In this document: positions 48,813 through 58,696 of the stretch, one piece after another
Layout of the letters: every line of letters begins with the position of its first letter
Numbering within the stretch: the stretch's first letter is position 1
From: a virus
Lineage: Duplodnaviria > Caudoviricetes
Reading direction: 5' to 3' (one strand)
Virus record (IMG/VR): IMGVR_UViG_3300028805_000091
Coordinates: 20,936-84,935 of that record
DNA: 64,000 nucleotides
Program-made: the position numbers and the translations under genes
Notes under the pieces: generated by a model
The model's input: only the letters and a program-made list of their open reading frames with translations
Databases searched by the model: none
Told to the model about the DNA's origin: nothing

Positions 48813-50675
48813 ATGGCAAAAGTTCAGACAAATGGAAATGGTAAAATATATTTAAACCAGAGTAATCAGGTATTGCTTGGAAATGATATGAGCGATGATA
48901 CTGTAGTAGCTACTGGTTCAACAGAGCCTAGGACTCTTGCTAATAGATTTGCAGATGTAATTAATGTAAAAGACTTCGGTGCGGTTGGAGATGGTGTAAC
49001 CGATGATACAAATGCTATTCAAGCCGCAATAAATTCTTCACATCATGCTAATACTGGTATAAAAGATATAATATTTTTTCCTGCTGGAAAATATAAAGTT
49101 ACAACAATTACAATATCAAATGGTCAATCTGTTATTTTAAGTAATCCAAATCTTATTTCAGAAAGTATTGCGATTATTATCAATAATGGCTGTGAGGGTA
49201 CAATTATTGAATATGGAAAGATAACAGCTAAAGATTGTGGTATTTGGGTACAAAGGGGTAAAGCTGTACATATTGAGCACACAAGAATTGATATTACTCA
49301 TGAATATGCAAACAGTACAGAAGTTTATGGTATTCGGTTTGGTGGAGTACAAGATTTATATGCAGGAAACGAAAATATAATTTTAGATTGTTCAATTTAT
49401 TCTAAACACTATGTAAATGGTTATGGTTTATATCAACAGTCAGAAGACAATATGGTTTCTGGACTTTTTATAAAAGATTTTAAATATGGAATTAGAGATT
49501 CTGGAGGTTCAAATTTTTATGATAGAGTTCACGGTTGGAATTATGGATATACAGAAGGAACAGATCAAGAATTTATAGATTCTTTAAGGGGTGGTGCTTT
49601 ATTTTATTCTTATAGGGATATAACAATTCAATCATGTTATGCTGATAGTTATCAATATGCTATTTTTTGTACTGATTCATCAGGTCAATATCAGCATAAA
49701 ATAGATGGATTATTAGTTTTTCATGGGACATCTTGGCCAAGTAGTCTTAAAATTTTTATTTTTAGAAACGGTCAAGCATACTATAAAAATTCATGGCAAG
49801 TATCTCATCTTGATGTTAATAATACAAGTTCTGCTGAACAATATTATTGTGATACTGGAGCAACATATATTAATGGATTTTATGATAATAATGCTCAAAA
49901 TAGTAATGTCGGTGGTATGCCATATTTAGCTGATTCATTAAATCAAGATGTTGGAATTGGATCTGCAAATGAAGCAAGATTATATGCAGTAAAAGAAGAT
50001 AGAAAAACTCAAACCGGTTATATGGGGTTTGGTTCTTGGTCTACTGGAGCATATTATTGGTTATTGCATTTATTTCCATCTGATAATTTTAGTTCAGCAG
50101 AATTGCAGTACCAAGTATCTGCTAATGGTGGACAACTTATTACACAGCATATACGACCGAGTGATGATAACAACAGGTTATTAGGTACTTCTTCTTACAG
50201 ATGGAGGGAAATATTCTGTGCAAACGCAACAATTAATACGTCTGATGAACGTCAGAAACAAAATATTGAAGATATTGACGAAGCAGTGTTTAGAGCTTGG
50301 TCTAAAGTTAATTTTATTCAGTATAAGTTTAAAGATGTGGTTGAACAAAAAGGCGAAAATGCCCGTATTCACTTCGGTGTTATTGCTCAACGTGTTAAAG
50401 AAGCCTTTGAGAGTGAGGGTTTAGATGGGTTCAAGTATGGGCTTCTGTGTTATGATGAGTGGGAAGATGAATACGAAGATGTAGAAGTAATTGACAAAGA
50501 GGCTGAATATGATGAGGATGGTAATGAAATTGTACCGGCAAAAACTCATACAGAAAAGAAACTTATTCAAAAAGCCGGTAACGCATATGGAATTCGTTAT
50601 GCTGAGGCTTTAGCTCTAGAATGTGCTTATCAGCGTCATGAATTAAAGCAACTTAAAGCTCAGTTAAATAAATAG
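48813..50675 (+). CDS. Tailspike with pectate-lyase-like beta-helix and C-terminal intramolecular chaperone (peptidase S74)
   Basis: LANRFADVINVKDFGAVGDGVTDDT.AIQAA; TSDERQK autocleavage motif; HFGVIAQ; GIRYAEALALE. Confidence 0.9.
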   Translation: MAKVQTNGNGKIYLNQSNQVLLGNDMSDDTVVATGSTEPRTLANRFADVINVKDFGAVGDGVTDDTNAIQAAINSSHHANTGIKDIIFFPAGKYKVTTITISNGQSVILSNPNLISESIAIIINNGCEGTIIEYGKITAKDCGIWVQRGKAVHIEHTRIDITHEYANSTEVYGIRFGGVQDLYAGNENIILDCSIYSKHYVNGYGLYQQSEDNMVSGLFIKDFKYGIRDSGGSNFYDRVHGWNYGYTEGTDQEFIDSLRGGALFYSYRDITIQSCYADSYQYAIFCTDSSGQYQHKIDGLLVFHGTSWPSSLKIFIFRNGQAYYKNSWQVSHLDVNNTSSAEQYYCDTGATYINGFYDNNAQNSNVGGMPYLADSLNQDVGIGSANEARLYAVKEDRKTQTGYMGFGSWSTGAYYWLLHLFPSDNFSSAELQYQVSANGGQLITQHIRPSDDNNRLLGTSSYRWREIFCANATINTSDERQKQNIEDIDEAVFRAWSKVNFIQYKFKDVVEQKGENARIHFGVIAQRVKEAFESEGLDGFKYGLLCYDEWEDEYEDVEVIDKEAEYDEDGNEIVPAKTHTEKKLIQKAGNAYGIRYAEALALECAYQRHELKQLKAQLNK

Positions 50676-50719
50676 TAATAACAAACAAACTCCTGATTTA
50701 ATTATCAGGCAAACACGGG

Positions 50720-50747
50720 AAGGAGTTCTTAAATGAGCTCCTTTTTT
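50720..50747 (+). terminator. Intrinsic terminator
   Basis: AAGGAGTTC / GAGCTCCTT stem followed by TTTT. Confidence 0.75.
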
Positions 50748-50815
50748 ATTATAATAGAAAAATAAATATGAGCCTTTTAATAAAAAATAGGTTCTATAAA
50801 TTAACTTTTTATAGC

Positions 50816-50916
50816 ATATAGTTAAAACAAGCTTCCTACCGATTTAAGTCCTTGTTTTAACTATATTTTTTATACACTTCATTTACGCCATTCGGTAGGA
50901 ATATTAAATGTTGGTT
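50816..50916 (+). promoter_or_regulatory. Structured 5' leader element, copy B, with pseudoknot/switch potential
   Basis: Perfect 16-bp stem; loop TTCCTACCGA is complementary to downstream TCGGTAGGAA. Confidence 0.6.
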
Positions 50917-51006
50917 TAACTTTCACAACTTATTTTTACACACACCTTATCCCAAATATATACTTCATTTACGTCTAATTGTATGTTTTTGAAGGATATT
51001 TTACAT

Positions 51007-51561
51007 ATGACAATACGTAAAGGTAGTAATATTATAGCAGGATGTTTAAACAATTCATATTCTGCTGGTGATTGGATTGATATAGGTGAAAATGGTGAAA
51101 TTTCAGCTAAAGGTGATACAAATCCTTTTTTAGGCGTAACAAAACAAGTTGAAAAAACGTTATATGCCTGGAGTAGTTCTGATGAAAATTTTCCAGTAAT
51201 ATATACCGAAGAAATAGATGAATCAATATCTTATCCTTATTATAATTCTCAACATATACTTTTAGATAAAACATCAGTAATATCAGCATCTGCTACATTA
51301 AGCTATACATACTATTTCGGAACAGCTGAATACTCTCAAAATGAAATAAATGTTAGAAAAACAACACAAGATCAAAATACACAAACAGAAACAACAATAA
51401 CATATACTCAAAATTCAGAACTTAATACTACCTACACTACTGCTATTTTTGATTCATCTGATGAAGTATTACCGACACAAAAAGCTGTTTTTGAATTTTT
51501 TAACAACAATATAATAAAATATGTAAATAATACACAATCTATGGAAATAGGAGTAAAATAA
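51007..51561 (+). CDS. Tail-associated protein
   Basis: GAAGGA RBS before ATG 51007; DEVLPTQKAV fibre-type motif. Confidence 0.6.
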   Translation: MTIRKGSNIIAGCLNNSYSAGDWIDIGENGEISAKGDTNPFLGVTKQVEKTLYAWSSSDENFPVIYTEEIDESISYPYYNSQHILLDKTSVISASATLSYTYYFGTAEYSQNEINVRKTTQDQNTQTETTITYTQNSELNTTYTTAIFDSSDEVLPTQKAVFEFFNNNIIKYVNNTQSMEIGVK

Positions 51562-53153
51562 TGGCACCAGTAACAGACTTAGATATAGATCTTGACGATG
51601 ATCCGATAATACCACCAAGTAGATTCAATAAGAAAGGTAAATATTCAGAATATTCGTGGATTTTTCGTACTAATGAGAAAAATCCTAAAATAATAGTATT
51701 TAAAAAACAAGGTGAAACAGATGGTACAGAATTAGATTGGATAATAGTCCCATTAGATGAAGAAAGAACATTATGGACATTTAAAACTATACACTATTGG
51801 GATTATGCTGCAAATGAATATGATTTTTATTATGAATCAGACACATGTGAAAGATATTTAATAGAAACTTTTTTAAAATCAGAAGATTTTGATAAGCCTT
51901 TTAATGGTGAACAAATAACTTATAATGATGTTACTTATAATTTGATAGTAGATAAATATCATGATTGCATTTCTAATATAATATATCCTGATAATACACA
52001 ATATAATATTGTAGATAATTCAGCTGTTCATTTAACTGGTGCTGATGATATTTATGGTAAAAAAACTTTTAATGATATTACAAAGTTAAAAAATAGTTTA
52101 CAGTTACAATCAACAGAAATAGAAAAAGGAACAAACCCTGATAGTGCTAAGTATCAAATCTTAGCATTTTATGATAAATACGGAACAGATCAAAAAAATA
52201 AAACCGGACAAATATATACAACTCGTACTCAAGGTATGTTATCTGTTAGTATGGATGTATTCCAACCTATAAGTAATACAACAAATAGTGAAGGCATAAA
52301 AGTTTATTATCCAGAAAGCGGCAATCCATACACTTATGCTCCGACTCCGATCGATACAACTACAACAAGTGGAACACAAATTGCGACAACAGGTTGGGTA
52401 AATTCTGCAAATAATAATGTTGTACATAAAACAGATAGCGAAACAATTGCTGGTGAAAAAACATTTACTAGCAATGTTACTATAAAAAAGAACATTCCTA
52501 AAATAAATTATGAAGATTCAAATGCCATAAAAGGTACAGCTCCCAGTTCGACAAGCCACGAAGATGTTAATTTTAATGATAAAGACGGCAATCAATTAAC
52601 AGGTATTGTCGGTTATTATAAAACTAATAAGGAAACACAGCTTGAGTTAAGAGCATATAAAGCAAATTCAAGTACAGATGGTACTTACGGTGTTTTATCT
52701 ATTGTTCACCCTGCAAGTGATAATCCTTATGCAACAGCTCCGACACCTTCATCAATTTCTGATTATTCTAATAAAATAGCTACAACACAATGGGTAAAAA
52801 ATAGTATTCGAGGAAAAAATTTAGCTAATAATTTGTCAACAAAAACAGGAGTTATCACATTAAATGAAAGTATTCAAAACTTTCCGATATTAATATTTGG
52901 TGTTGGTCCTGTTGGTAGTTATCAGTATTCAACTTGTGTAGTCACTCCGTTTGTTGGTGCTAGATTAAATAGTTATAGAGATTTTAGTTGGCAAATAAAC
53001 GGAGATACAATCAGACTAAATTATACTAATGGACAAACTTCTGCTACATCTCAGATGATAACTTTAAAAATTACCAGTAATGTATCTGTAGAAATAGTTA
53101 CAAACACAGGTAATATAGAAATTCGTGGTGTTTTTGGATTAAGTTTTAATTAA
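51561..53153 (+). CDS. Tail fibre protein
   Basis: Repeats VHLTG.DDI.GKKTF / VVHKT.SETIAGEKTF and APTP...IATT.WV (twice). Confidence 0.75.
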   Translation: MAPVTDLDIDLDDDPIIPPSRFNKKGKYSEYSWIFRTNEKNPKIIVFKKQGETDGTELDWIIVPLDEERTLWTFKTIHYWDYAANEYDFYYESDTCERYLIETFLKSEDFDKPFNGEQITYNDVTYNLIVDKYHDCISNIIYPDNTQYNIVDNSAVHLTGADDIYGKKTFNDITKLKNSLQLQSTEIEKGTNPDSAKYQILAFYDKYGTDQKNKTGQIYTTRTQGMLSVSMDVFQPISNTTNSEGIKVYYPESGNPYTYAPTPIDTTTTSGTQIATTGWVNSANNNVVHKTDSETIAGEKTFTSNVTIKKNIPKINYEDSNAIKGTAPSSTSHEDVNFNDKDGNQLTGIVGYYKTNKETQLELRAYKANSSTDGTYGVLSIVHPASDNPYATAPTPSSISDYSNKIATTQWVKNSIRGKNLANNLSTKTGVITLNESIQNFPILIFGVGPVGSYQYSTCVVTPFVGARLNSYRDFSWQINGDTIRLNYTNGQTSATSQMITLKITSNVSVEIVTNTGNIEIRGVFGLSFN

Positions 53154-53164
53154 GGAGAAACATA

Positions 53165-53491
53165 ATGACAGATTATAGTAATTGGAAAATATTAATATCT
53201 GAATATGACGAAAAACAAAATGAATTTACACAAGTAGCTCAGTGGTGTAACGAAGGTCAAGAATATCATATTGAAGATGTAGGTGAATATTACGAAGTAG
53301 TTAAAAATCCAGAACCTTCTCAGGAAGGATTAAATCAGCAACGTATCTTTGAGTTAAAGCAATTGTTAGCTGATGCTGATTATTGGGGACAAAAATATCT
53401 TGATGGAGAATATACTGAAGAAGAATGGGCTGAAAAGGTAGCACAACGTAAAGCTTGGCGAGAAGAAATAAGACAATTAGAAGTTGCATAG
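53165..53491 (+). CDS. Tail-fibre assembly/chaperone-like protein (XkdW-like)
   Basis: Paralog of 930-1370; follows a fibre gene. Confidence 0.6.
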   Translation: MTDYSNWKILISEYDEKQNEFTQVAQWCNEGQEYHIEDVGEYYEVVKNPEPSQEGLNQQRIFELKQLLADADYWGQKYLDGEYTEEEWAEKVAQRKAWREEIRQLEVA

Positions 53492-53621
53492 AAAGATCAA
53501 GTATTCAGAATATAAAATGAGATATTTTATCTTTTGACTTTTATAAAATTTTTTAAGTAAACACGTATATTAGAGTAATTCTATGTATATGTGTTTATTT
53601 TTTTATTCAAGGATGTAAATA

Positions 53622-54218
53622 ATGGCTGAGTTAAGATTTTATTATGGCTGTATGAATGCAGGTAAGTCAGTAGAAGCAATAAAAACTTATGAAATATATA
53701 AGCGTAAAAGAATGAATCCTGTTATAATTAAACCAGCTATTGATACACGTAATGGTAAACAAAAAGGTTGGGGATTTACAAATTCAAGGCTACTTAAAGA
53801 ACCAACTCCGGCATATTATATCCAAAATGTAGAGAATGAAATTTGTAAGCTCAATTACGGTCAAGCCATTATTGTTGATGAGGCTCAATTTTTAAGCCGT
53901 GAGGATGTTATTTTTCTTTCTAAGATAGTTGAGCTCCAAAAAGTCGATGTGATTGCCTACGGTCTTAAAAATGACGTTAATGGTAATCTTTTTCCGGGAA
54001 CAAAGGCTTTTATTGAATTTGCAGACATAATTAAAGAAATAGATATGATTTGTGAAGAACCTAATTGTAAAAATAAAGCTACTCACCATATACGTTATAT
54101 AAATGGTGAATTAGATACTTCAAATGAACAAGTTGCTATAGAAAAAGGTAATGTTACATATAAATCTGTTTGTAGAAAGCACTGGATGCAAAAGAAAAAT
54201 ATTATAAGAGACTACTAA
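53622..54218 (+). CDS. tdk: Thymidine kinase
   Basis: GCMNAGKS P-loop, IDTR, VDEAQF, YGLK.D..G..F.G, C-terminal zinc motif YKSVCRKHW. Confidence 0.92.
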   Translation: MAELRFYYGCMNAGKSVEAIKTYEIYKRKRMNPVIIKPAIDTRNGKQKGWGFTNSRLLKEPTPAYYIQNVENEICKLNYGQAIIVDEAQFLSREDVIFLSKIVELQKVDVIAYGLKNDVNGNLFPGTKAFIEFADIIKEIDMICEEPNCKNKATHHIRYINGELDTSNEQVAIEKGNVTYKSVCRKHWMQKKNIIRDY

Positions 54219-54282
54219 TAAATTTCGGTTCTATAAATTACGTGTTTGTTTTGATAATTTATAGATTAGGAGTTTGAAGGAT

Positions 54283-55140
54283 ATGCCAAAAGTCCAAACT
54301 AATGGTAGTGGCAGTGTATATACTGTCAATGGAAGTGTTTTACTTGATAATACTAATGAACCAGTTATTAATTCCTTAAACATTACACCTTCTACATCAT
54401 CACAACTTATCACAGCACCAACTGGAGTTGATGGATATAATAATATTAATGTGTCAGCCGTAACTTCATCTGTTGACCAAAATATTAGTGCTGAAAATAT
54501 TAAAAAAGATATTAGTATATTGGGTGTAACTGGTACATATGAGGGAAGTGGTGGAGGTAGTTCTGGAAAATACCAATTTTTACAACGTATTATCGATGAT
54601 TCAAATGATGAGATTGGTACAGTATGTGGTTTTTATAAAGATAGCAATTCAGTAGAATATGCAGTGATATGCTTAGATGCAACATATAGATTGGCACAAG
54701 GACAATGGGCAGCATCTTCTGGAACTATTACAAATATGCCTTTATATGGAACTTGGGATTCAAATGTAAACGGTACAGAAACAGCAACTCAAAATTGTAC
54801 TTTAATATTAGCATCTAAAGCATCGACTGCAGTATCACATTGTCGTAGTAAATCGTTTAGTATAAATGGTACTACATATTATGGACAACTTCCTAATGTT
54901 TGTGAGCTTTTAATGATTTTAGGCACCCATACTATTTTATATAATATGGATCCTACTGTATTGAGTGTAGCTACAGATTTAAATTTCGTACAAAACGGTT
55001 TTCCATCACCAGCTTGGTCATCAAGTCAGTACTCTGCTAATTATGGTTGGTCCATTACAGATGATGGTAATATGTATGTTGAAAGAAAGACTACCGGTTA
55101 CTTTGTTTGTCCTATTCTTGAGATACCCAATACTCTTTAA
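54283..55140 (+). CDS. Tail-associated protein
   Basis: Starts MPKVQTNGSG like the tailspike (MAKVQTNGNG); ENIKKDISILGVTG fibre motif; WSSSQYS domain; GAAGGA RBS. Confidence 0.6.
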   Translation: MPKVQTNGSGSVYTVNGSVLLDNTNEPVINSLNITPSTSSQLITAPTGVDGYNNINVSAVTSSVDQNISAENIKKDISILGVTGTYEGSGGGSSGKYQFLQRIIDDSNDEIGTVCGFYKDSNSVEYAVICLDATYRLAQGQWAASSGTITNMPLYGTWDSNVNGTETATQNCTLILASKASTAVSHCRSKSFSINGTTYYGQLPNVCELLMILGTHTILYNMDPTVLSVATDLNFVQNGFPSPAWSSSQYSANYGWSITDDGNMYVERKTTGYFVCPILEIPNTL

Positions 55141-55177
55141 TATTTTAGCTAAAACTTTATAAAGGAAAATTAATACA

Positions 55178-55366
55178 ATGTATATACAAAGAGAAATTTA
55201 TGATGGTCGTGAAGTAGATATACTTTATCCAGAAGAAGGCTATTTGCTTCAACATAAAGAAACTAAACTTGTTTATGGAGCAGTTTCATTAGAAGATGGA
55301 CGTAAGCAAGAGGATTATGTCGAGATTAAATGCCCAGAAGAACCTGAAGAATCTAGGGCTGAGTAA
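55178..55366 (+). CDS. Small tail-associated protein
   Basis: AAAGGA RBS; LYPEEGYLL...YGAV.L...DYVE pattern typical of genes following fibre genes. Confidence 0.6.
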   Translation: MYIQREIYDGREVDILYPEEGYLLQHKETKLVYGAVSLEDGRKQEDYVEIKCPEEPEESRAE

Positions 55367-55392
55367 AGTCTAACCAAAAGCTTCATGAATAG

Positions 55393-55427
55393 AAAAGGGA
55401 CTGTCTTTGTTATGGTCCCTTTATTTT
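55393..55427. terminator. Bidirectional terminator
   Basis: AAAGGGAC / GTCCCTTT with A- and T-runs between convergent genes. Confidence 0.7.
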
Positions 55428-55755
55428 ATTCTATATAGTCATCTGTTGGAGTAAGTCGTATATTTATTCCTTGATTTAGCCAAAGTTCTGTTCCTTCTTC
55501 TTCAGTTTTAAAACCTATCCAAGCTGTTAGACACGTCATTGGTACAAAATGATCTTTTAAAATAAGGTCATCCCAGATAGGTAGTAATTCATCAAAATTT
55601 GGAATTATTATACGCTGTTTATTATCATTTTCAGTATAATGAGTTACATTAGTACCAAATAGTTCTGCATTACCATTTACAGCTTGAAAAATTATTGTAC
55701 CAACATGTGTAGGATTTGTAGCATATACTCTATTTGGTAGAAGGCGAAAACTCAT
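55426..55755 (-). CDS. Hypothetical protein
   Basis: 109 aa; AGGT RBS; GTTCTA at 55796-55801 on the minus strand. Confidence 0.6.
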   Translation of the reverse strand: MSFRLLPNRVYATNPTHVGTIIFQAVNGNAELFGTNVTHYTENDNKQRIIIPNFDELLPIWDDLILKDHFVPMTCLTAWIGFKTEEEGTELWLNQGINIRLTPTDDYIE

Positions 55756-55819
55756 AGTGATATACCTATATCAATTTAACATTATTCCATTACAATAGAA
55801 CCCAAAAGTTCTAATCTGT

Positions 55820-56278
55820 ATGACTGATGAAAGCATTTATATTAATTCACTTAGGCTGAGCCGATTAAATGGTGGAGGTAACAGTAAGATAGTTCCACCA
55901 TATCCATTTATACAATGGTTTTATAATGGATCGACTAGGTTTGAAGAAGATGTAAATAATCCAAGAATTTTTAATGATTTATCTGGTGCTGTTGAATATT
56001 TTACAGAAAAAACAGCTACTAATGATAGGACTATAGGTCAATTTGTTACTTTTGCAGAAGGTACTAGACGAAATTGGGTTGTTTATATTTATATGGGACC
56101 GAATGTAGAAGATGAAAATTATAGTAATTATATTTTTTGGCATCCATTCGGTGGTACATATATTGATCCATATACTGTTTTAGAAGAAGTATTTTTTGCA
56201 GATAAAGCATTTCAAGAGTCATTAACATCATCACATGTAATTGAAGAAGTATTAAAGGTAGAAAATAGTCATGACTAA
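55820..56278 (+). CDS. Hypothetical structural-region protein
   Basis: 152 aa; overlaps the next gene. Confidence 0.6.
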   Translation: MTDESIYINSLRLSRLNGGGNSKIVPPYPFIQWFYNGSTRFEEDVNNPRIFNDLSGAVEYFTEKTATNDRTIGQFVTFAEGTRRNWVVYIYMGPNVEDENYSNYIFWHPFGGTYIDPYTVLEEVFFADKAFQESLTSSHVIEEVLKVENSHD

Positions 56279-58613
56279 TGAAACTAAAGTAGTAGAGCAA
56301 AGAATAATTCAGCGTCTTATTAATACTATTGCTGATTATGAAGAAGGTGGAAAATTTTATAGTCAAGTTATTCCTCTTCATACACAAGCTTATGCAATAT
56401 ATGATTTACAGGGAAAAGTTGGCTTATATTATGTATTTGGTGATGGTGTACATACTTATACAGAAATAAGAGATGGCCAAAGTTCTGTTGAAAGTGCTCA
56501 TGAATATGCTGTTTTTGATGATGCTTGGATAGAGTTAATTAATTCTAAAGCTGATTTACAATATATGAATTTTGAATTATCCAAACGTCAATATATTTCA
56601 AATTTAGTTAATGAAATTACAGAAGAAAATGAAAAATCTACAACTTTATATCCTTCTGTTAAGGCTGTTACAACAATAACTAATACCCTTCAAGATAATA
56701 TAGATCAAGAAGCTTCTAATAGAACACAAGCTGATGATGATTTACAAGATGCTTTAGAAAATGAAAAATCTACTCGTATAAATGCTGATAATGATTTATC
56801 TGATGCTATTGAACAAGAAGGAGCTATTCGTGCTGAAAAAGATTTAGAATTAGGTCAAAATATAAGTACAGAAATCACCGATAGACAAAATGCAGATAAT
56901 AATCTTAATACTGCTATAATAAATGAAAATAATAGAGCTCTCGGTGTTGAAGCTGCTTTAAGTGCAAGAATAGATGTTAATGATTCTGAACTCGAAACTA
57001 TTAAGGGTGAAGAGTCTATTACAGGCTCAATGAAAGCTATTGCTAAATCTTATTCAGATAATGCTTATAATTCTGCTGTAAATTATACAGATACACGTGA
57101 AGAATCTATTATGAATGCTTTAAATACAGCAGTTGATACAATTGAAGCCAAAGAAGCTGAATTAGCAGCTGATATTGTTGCAGAAAATACACGTGCTACA
57201 AATGCTGAAGAGAGTCTTGATAATAATAAAGCTGATAAATCTAATGTATATACTAAAGCTGAAATTGATGCTAAACTTACATCAGCTATGAGATTTAAAG
57301 GTACAAAACCTACATATAATGATTTACCAAAATCTAATAATGAAGTTGGTGATATGTGGAATATCTTAGATGATGGTACTAATTATGCTTGGGATGGTGA
57401 AAATTGGGATAAATTATCTGAAACTATCGATCTTACTCCTTATGCTACTAAAGAAGAAGTATCAGCTGTTGATGAAGGCTTACAGGATAACATAGATACA
57501 GAAGCTAATACACGTGAAGCAAATGATAATTATATTGATAACAAATTAACAGGATTCATAAGACGTATTTGGCAAAATTATGATGAAACAGATGCTTCGA
57601 AAGGTTGGTTTTATACAAAATATAATTTACCATCTAAATCATATAGTTTAGTATTTAATGAAAATGATGGTGGTGGTATTCAAGTATTTGATAAGACTGC
57701 TAATGTTATTTCTTATGTTGGTGCAAATCTTGAAGAAGGTAATAGTGATAAAGATTCAGCTATTAATGTACAAATTTATTCTAAAGATAAAACATCAAAT
57801 GAGGGTGTACGTCTTAATATAAGTTCACAAAAAGCATATTATCTTAAAGGTGCTAATAAGACTAATGTACCAGAAAGAGAAGTTGCTGTTATTGAAAATA
57901 TACCTACTAAAACATCTCAATTAGATAATGATAGTGATTATACAACTAATGAAGCATTACAAGCTCAAATAGCATCTTTAACTCAACAAATTAAAGATCT
58001 TAAGCTTCTTATACCGACTGAAGTATTCGATGTGGCAACTGCCAAAACAGCATTAAATAAAGCTGGTAAAGTAACCTTATATTCTGATATAGATTTAGGG
58101 ACTTATGCAATAGTTAATGGTACATTTGCAAGTAATAATACGACTATCAATCTAAATAGTTATAAAATAGAATGTGCTCCTAATAATGGACGTTCAATAT
58201 TTATGTTAAGAGGCAGTACTAATTATACATTCAATGGAAACGGTCAAGTTATTGATACGGCAAGTAATAGTGCTTGTTTATGGACAACTACTGAAAACAA
58301 TGTTTGTACGATTAATAATGGTACATGGACATCGCAACACACAGAATGTATATATTGTGAAAAAGGTACTATTACAATAAAAGGTGGCGAATTTAAAACA
58401 GAAAATGATGATAAACGCTATTTATTAAATTGTAAAGACACTAATTATCAAGCCGGTACAGCTAAAATCATTGTTAAAGGTGGTAAATTCTGGGATTTCG
58501 ATCCACATGATTGTGTAGCTGAAGGTGAACATACTAACTTCTGTGCTGATGGTTATACTACAACATCAGAAATAATTGACGGACATACTGTTTATACAGT
58601 TGTTAAAGCGTAG
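56271..58613 (+). CDS. Tail-fibre/coiled-coil structural protein
   Basis: N-terminal VFGDGVHTY.EI domain, E...R...D..L coiled-coil repeats, FKGT..TY.DLP...N.VGD.WNI module, C-terminal beta-helix-like region. Confidence 0.7.
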   Translation: MTNETKVVEQRIIQRLINTIADYEEGGKFYSQVIPLHTQAYAIYDLQGKVGLYYVFGDGVHTYTEIRDGQSSVESAHEYAVFDDAWIELINSKADLQYMNFELSKRQYISNLVNEITEENEKSTTLYPSVKAVTTITNTLQDNIDQEASNRTQADDDLQDALENEKSTRINADNDLSDAIEQEGAIRAEKDLELGQNISTEITDRQNADNNLNTAIINENNRALGVEAALSARIDVNDSELETIKGEESITGSMKAIAKSYSDNAYNSAVNYTDTREESIMNALNTAVDTIEAKEAELAADIVAENTRATNAEESLDNNKADKSNVYTKAEIDAKLTSAMRFKGTKPTYNDLPKSNNEVGDMWNILDDGTNYAWDGENWDKLSETIDLTPYATKEEVSAVDEGLQDNIDTEANTREANDNYIDNKLTGFIRRIWQNYDETDASKGWFYTKYNLPSKSYSLVFNENDGGGIQVFDKTANVISYVGANLEEGNSDKDSAINVQIYSKDKTSNEGVRLNISSQKAYYLKGANKTNVPEREVAVIENIPTKTSQLDNDSDYTTNEALQAQIASLTQQIKDLKLLIPTEVFDVATAKTALNKAGKVTLYSDIDLGTYAIVNGTFASNNTTINLNSYKIECAPNNGRSIFMLRGSTNYTFNGNGQVIDTASNSACLWTTTENNVCTINNGTWTSQHTECIYCEKGTITIKGGEFKTENDDKRYLLNCKDTNYQAGTAKIIVKGGKFWDFDPHDCVAEGEHTNFCADGYTTTSEIIDGHTVYTVVKA

Positions 58614-58696
58614 TTTAACGATTTATCTAACAAAATAACTGATAAGTTCTAAACTAATAAGAAATATTTTTGCAAAAATTTATTGAGTAATCGAAT

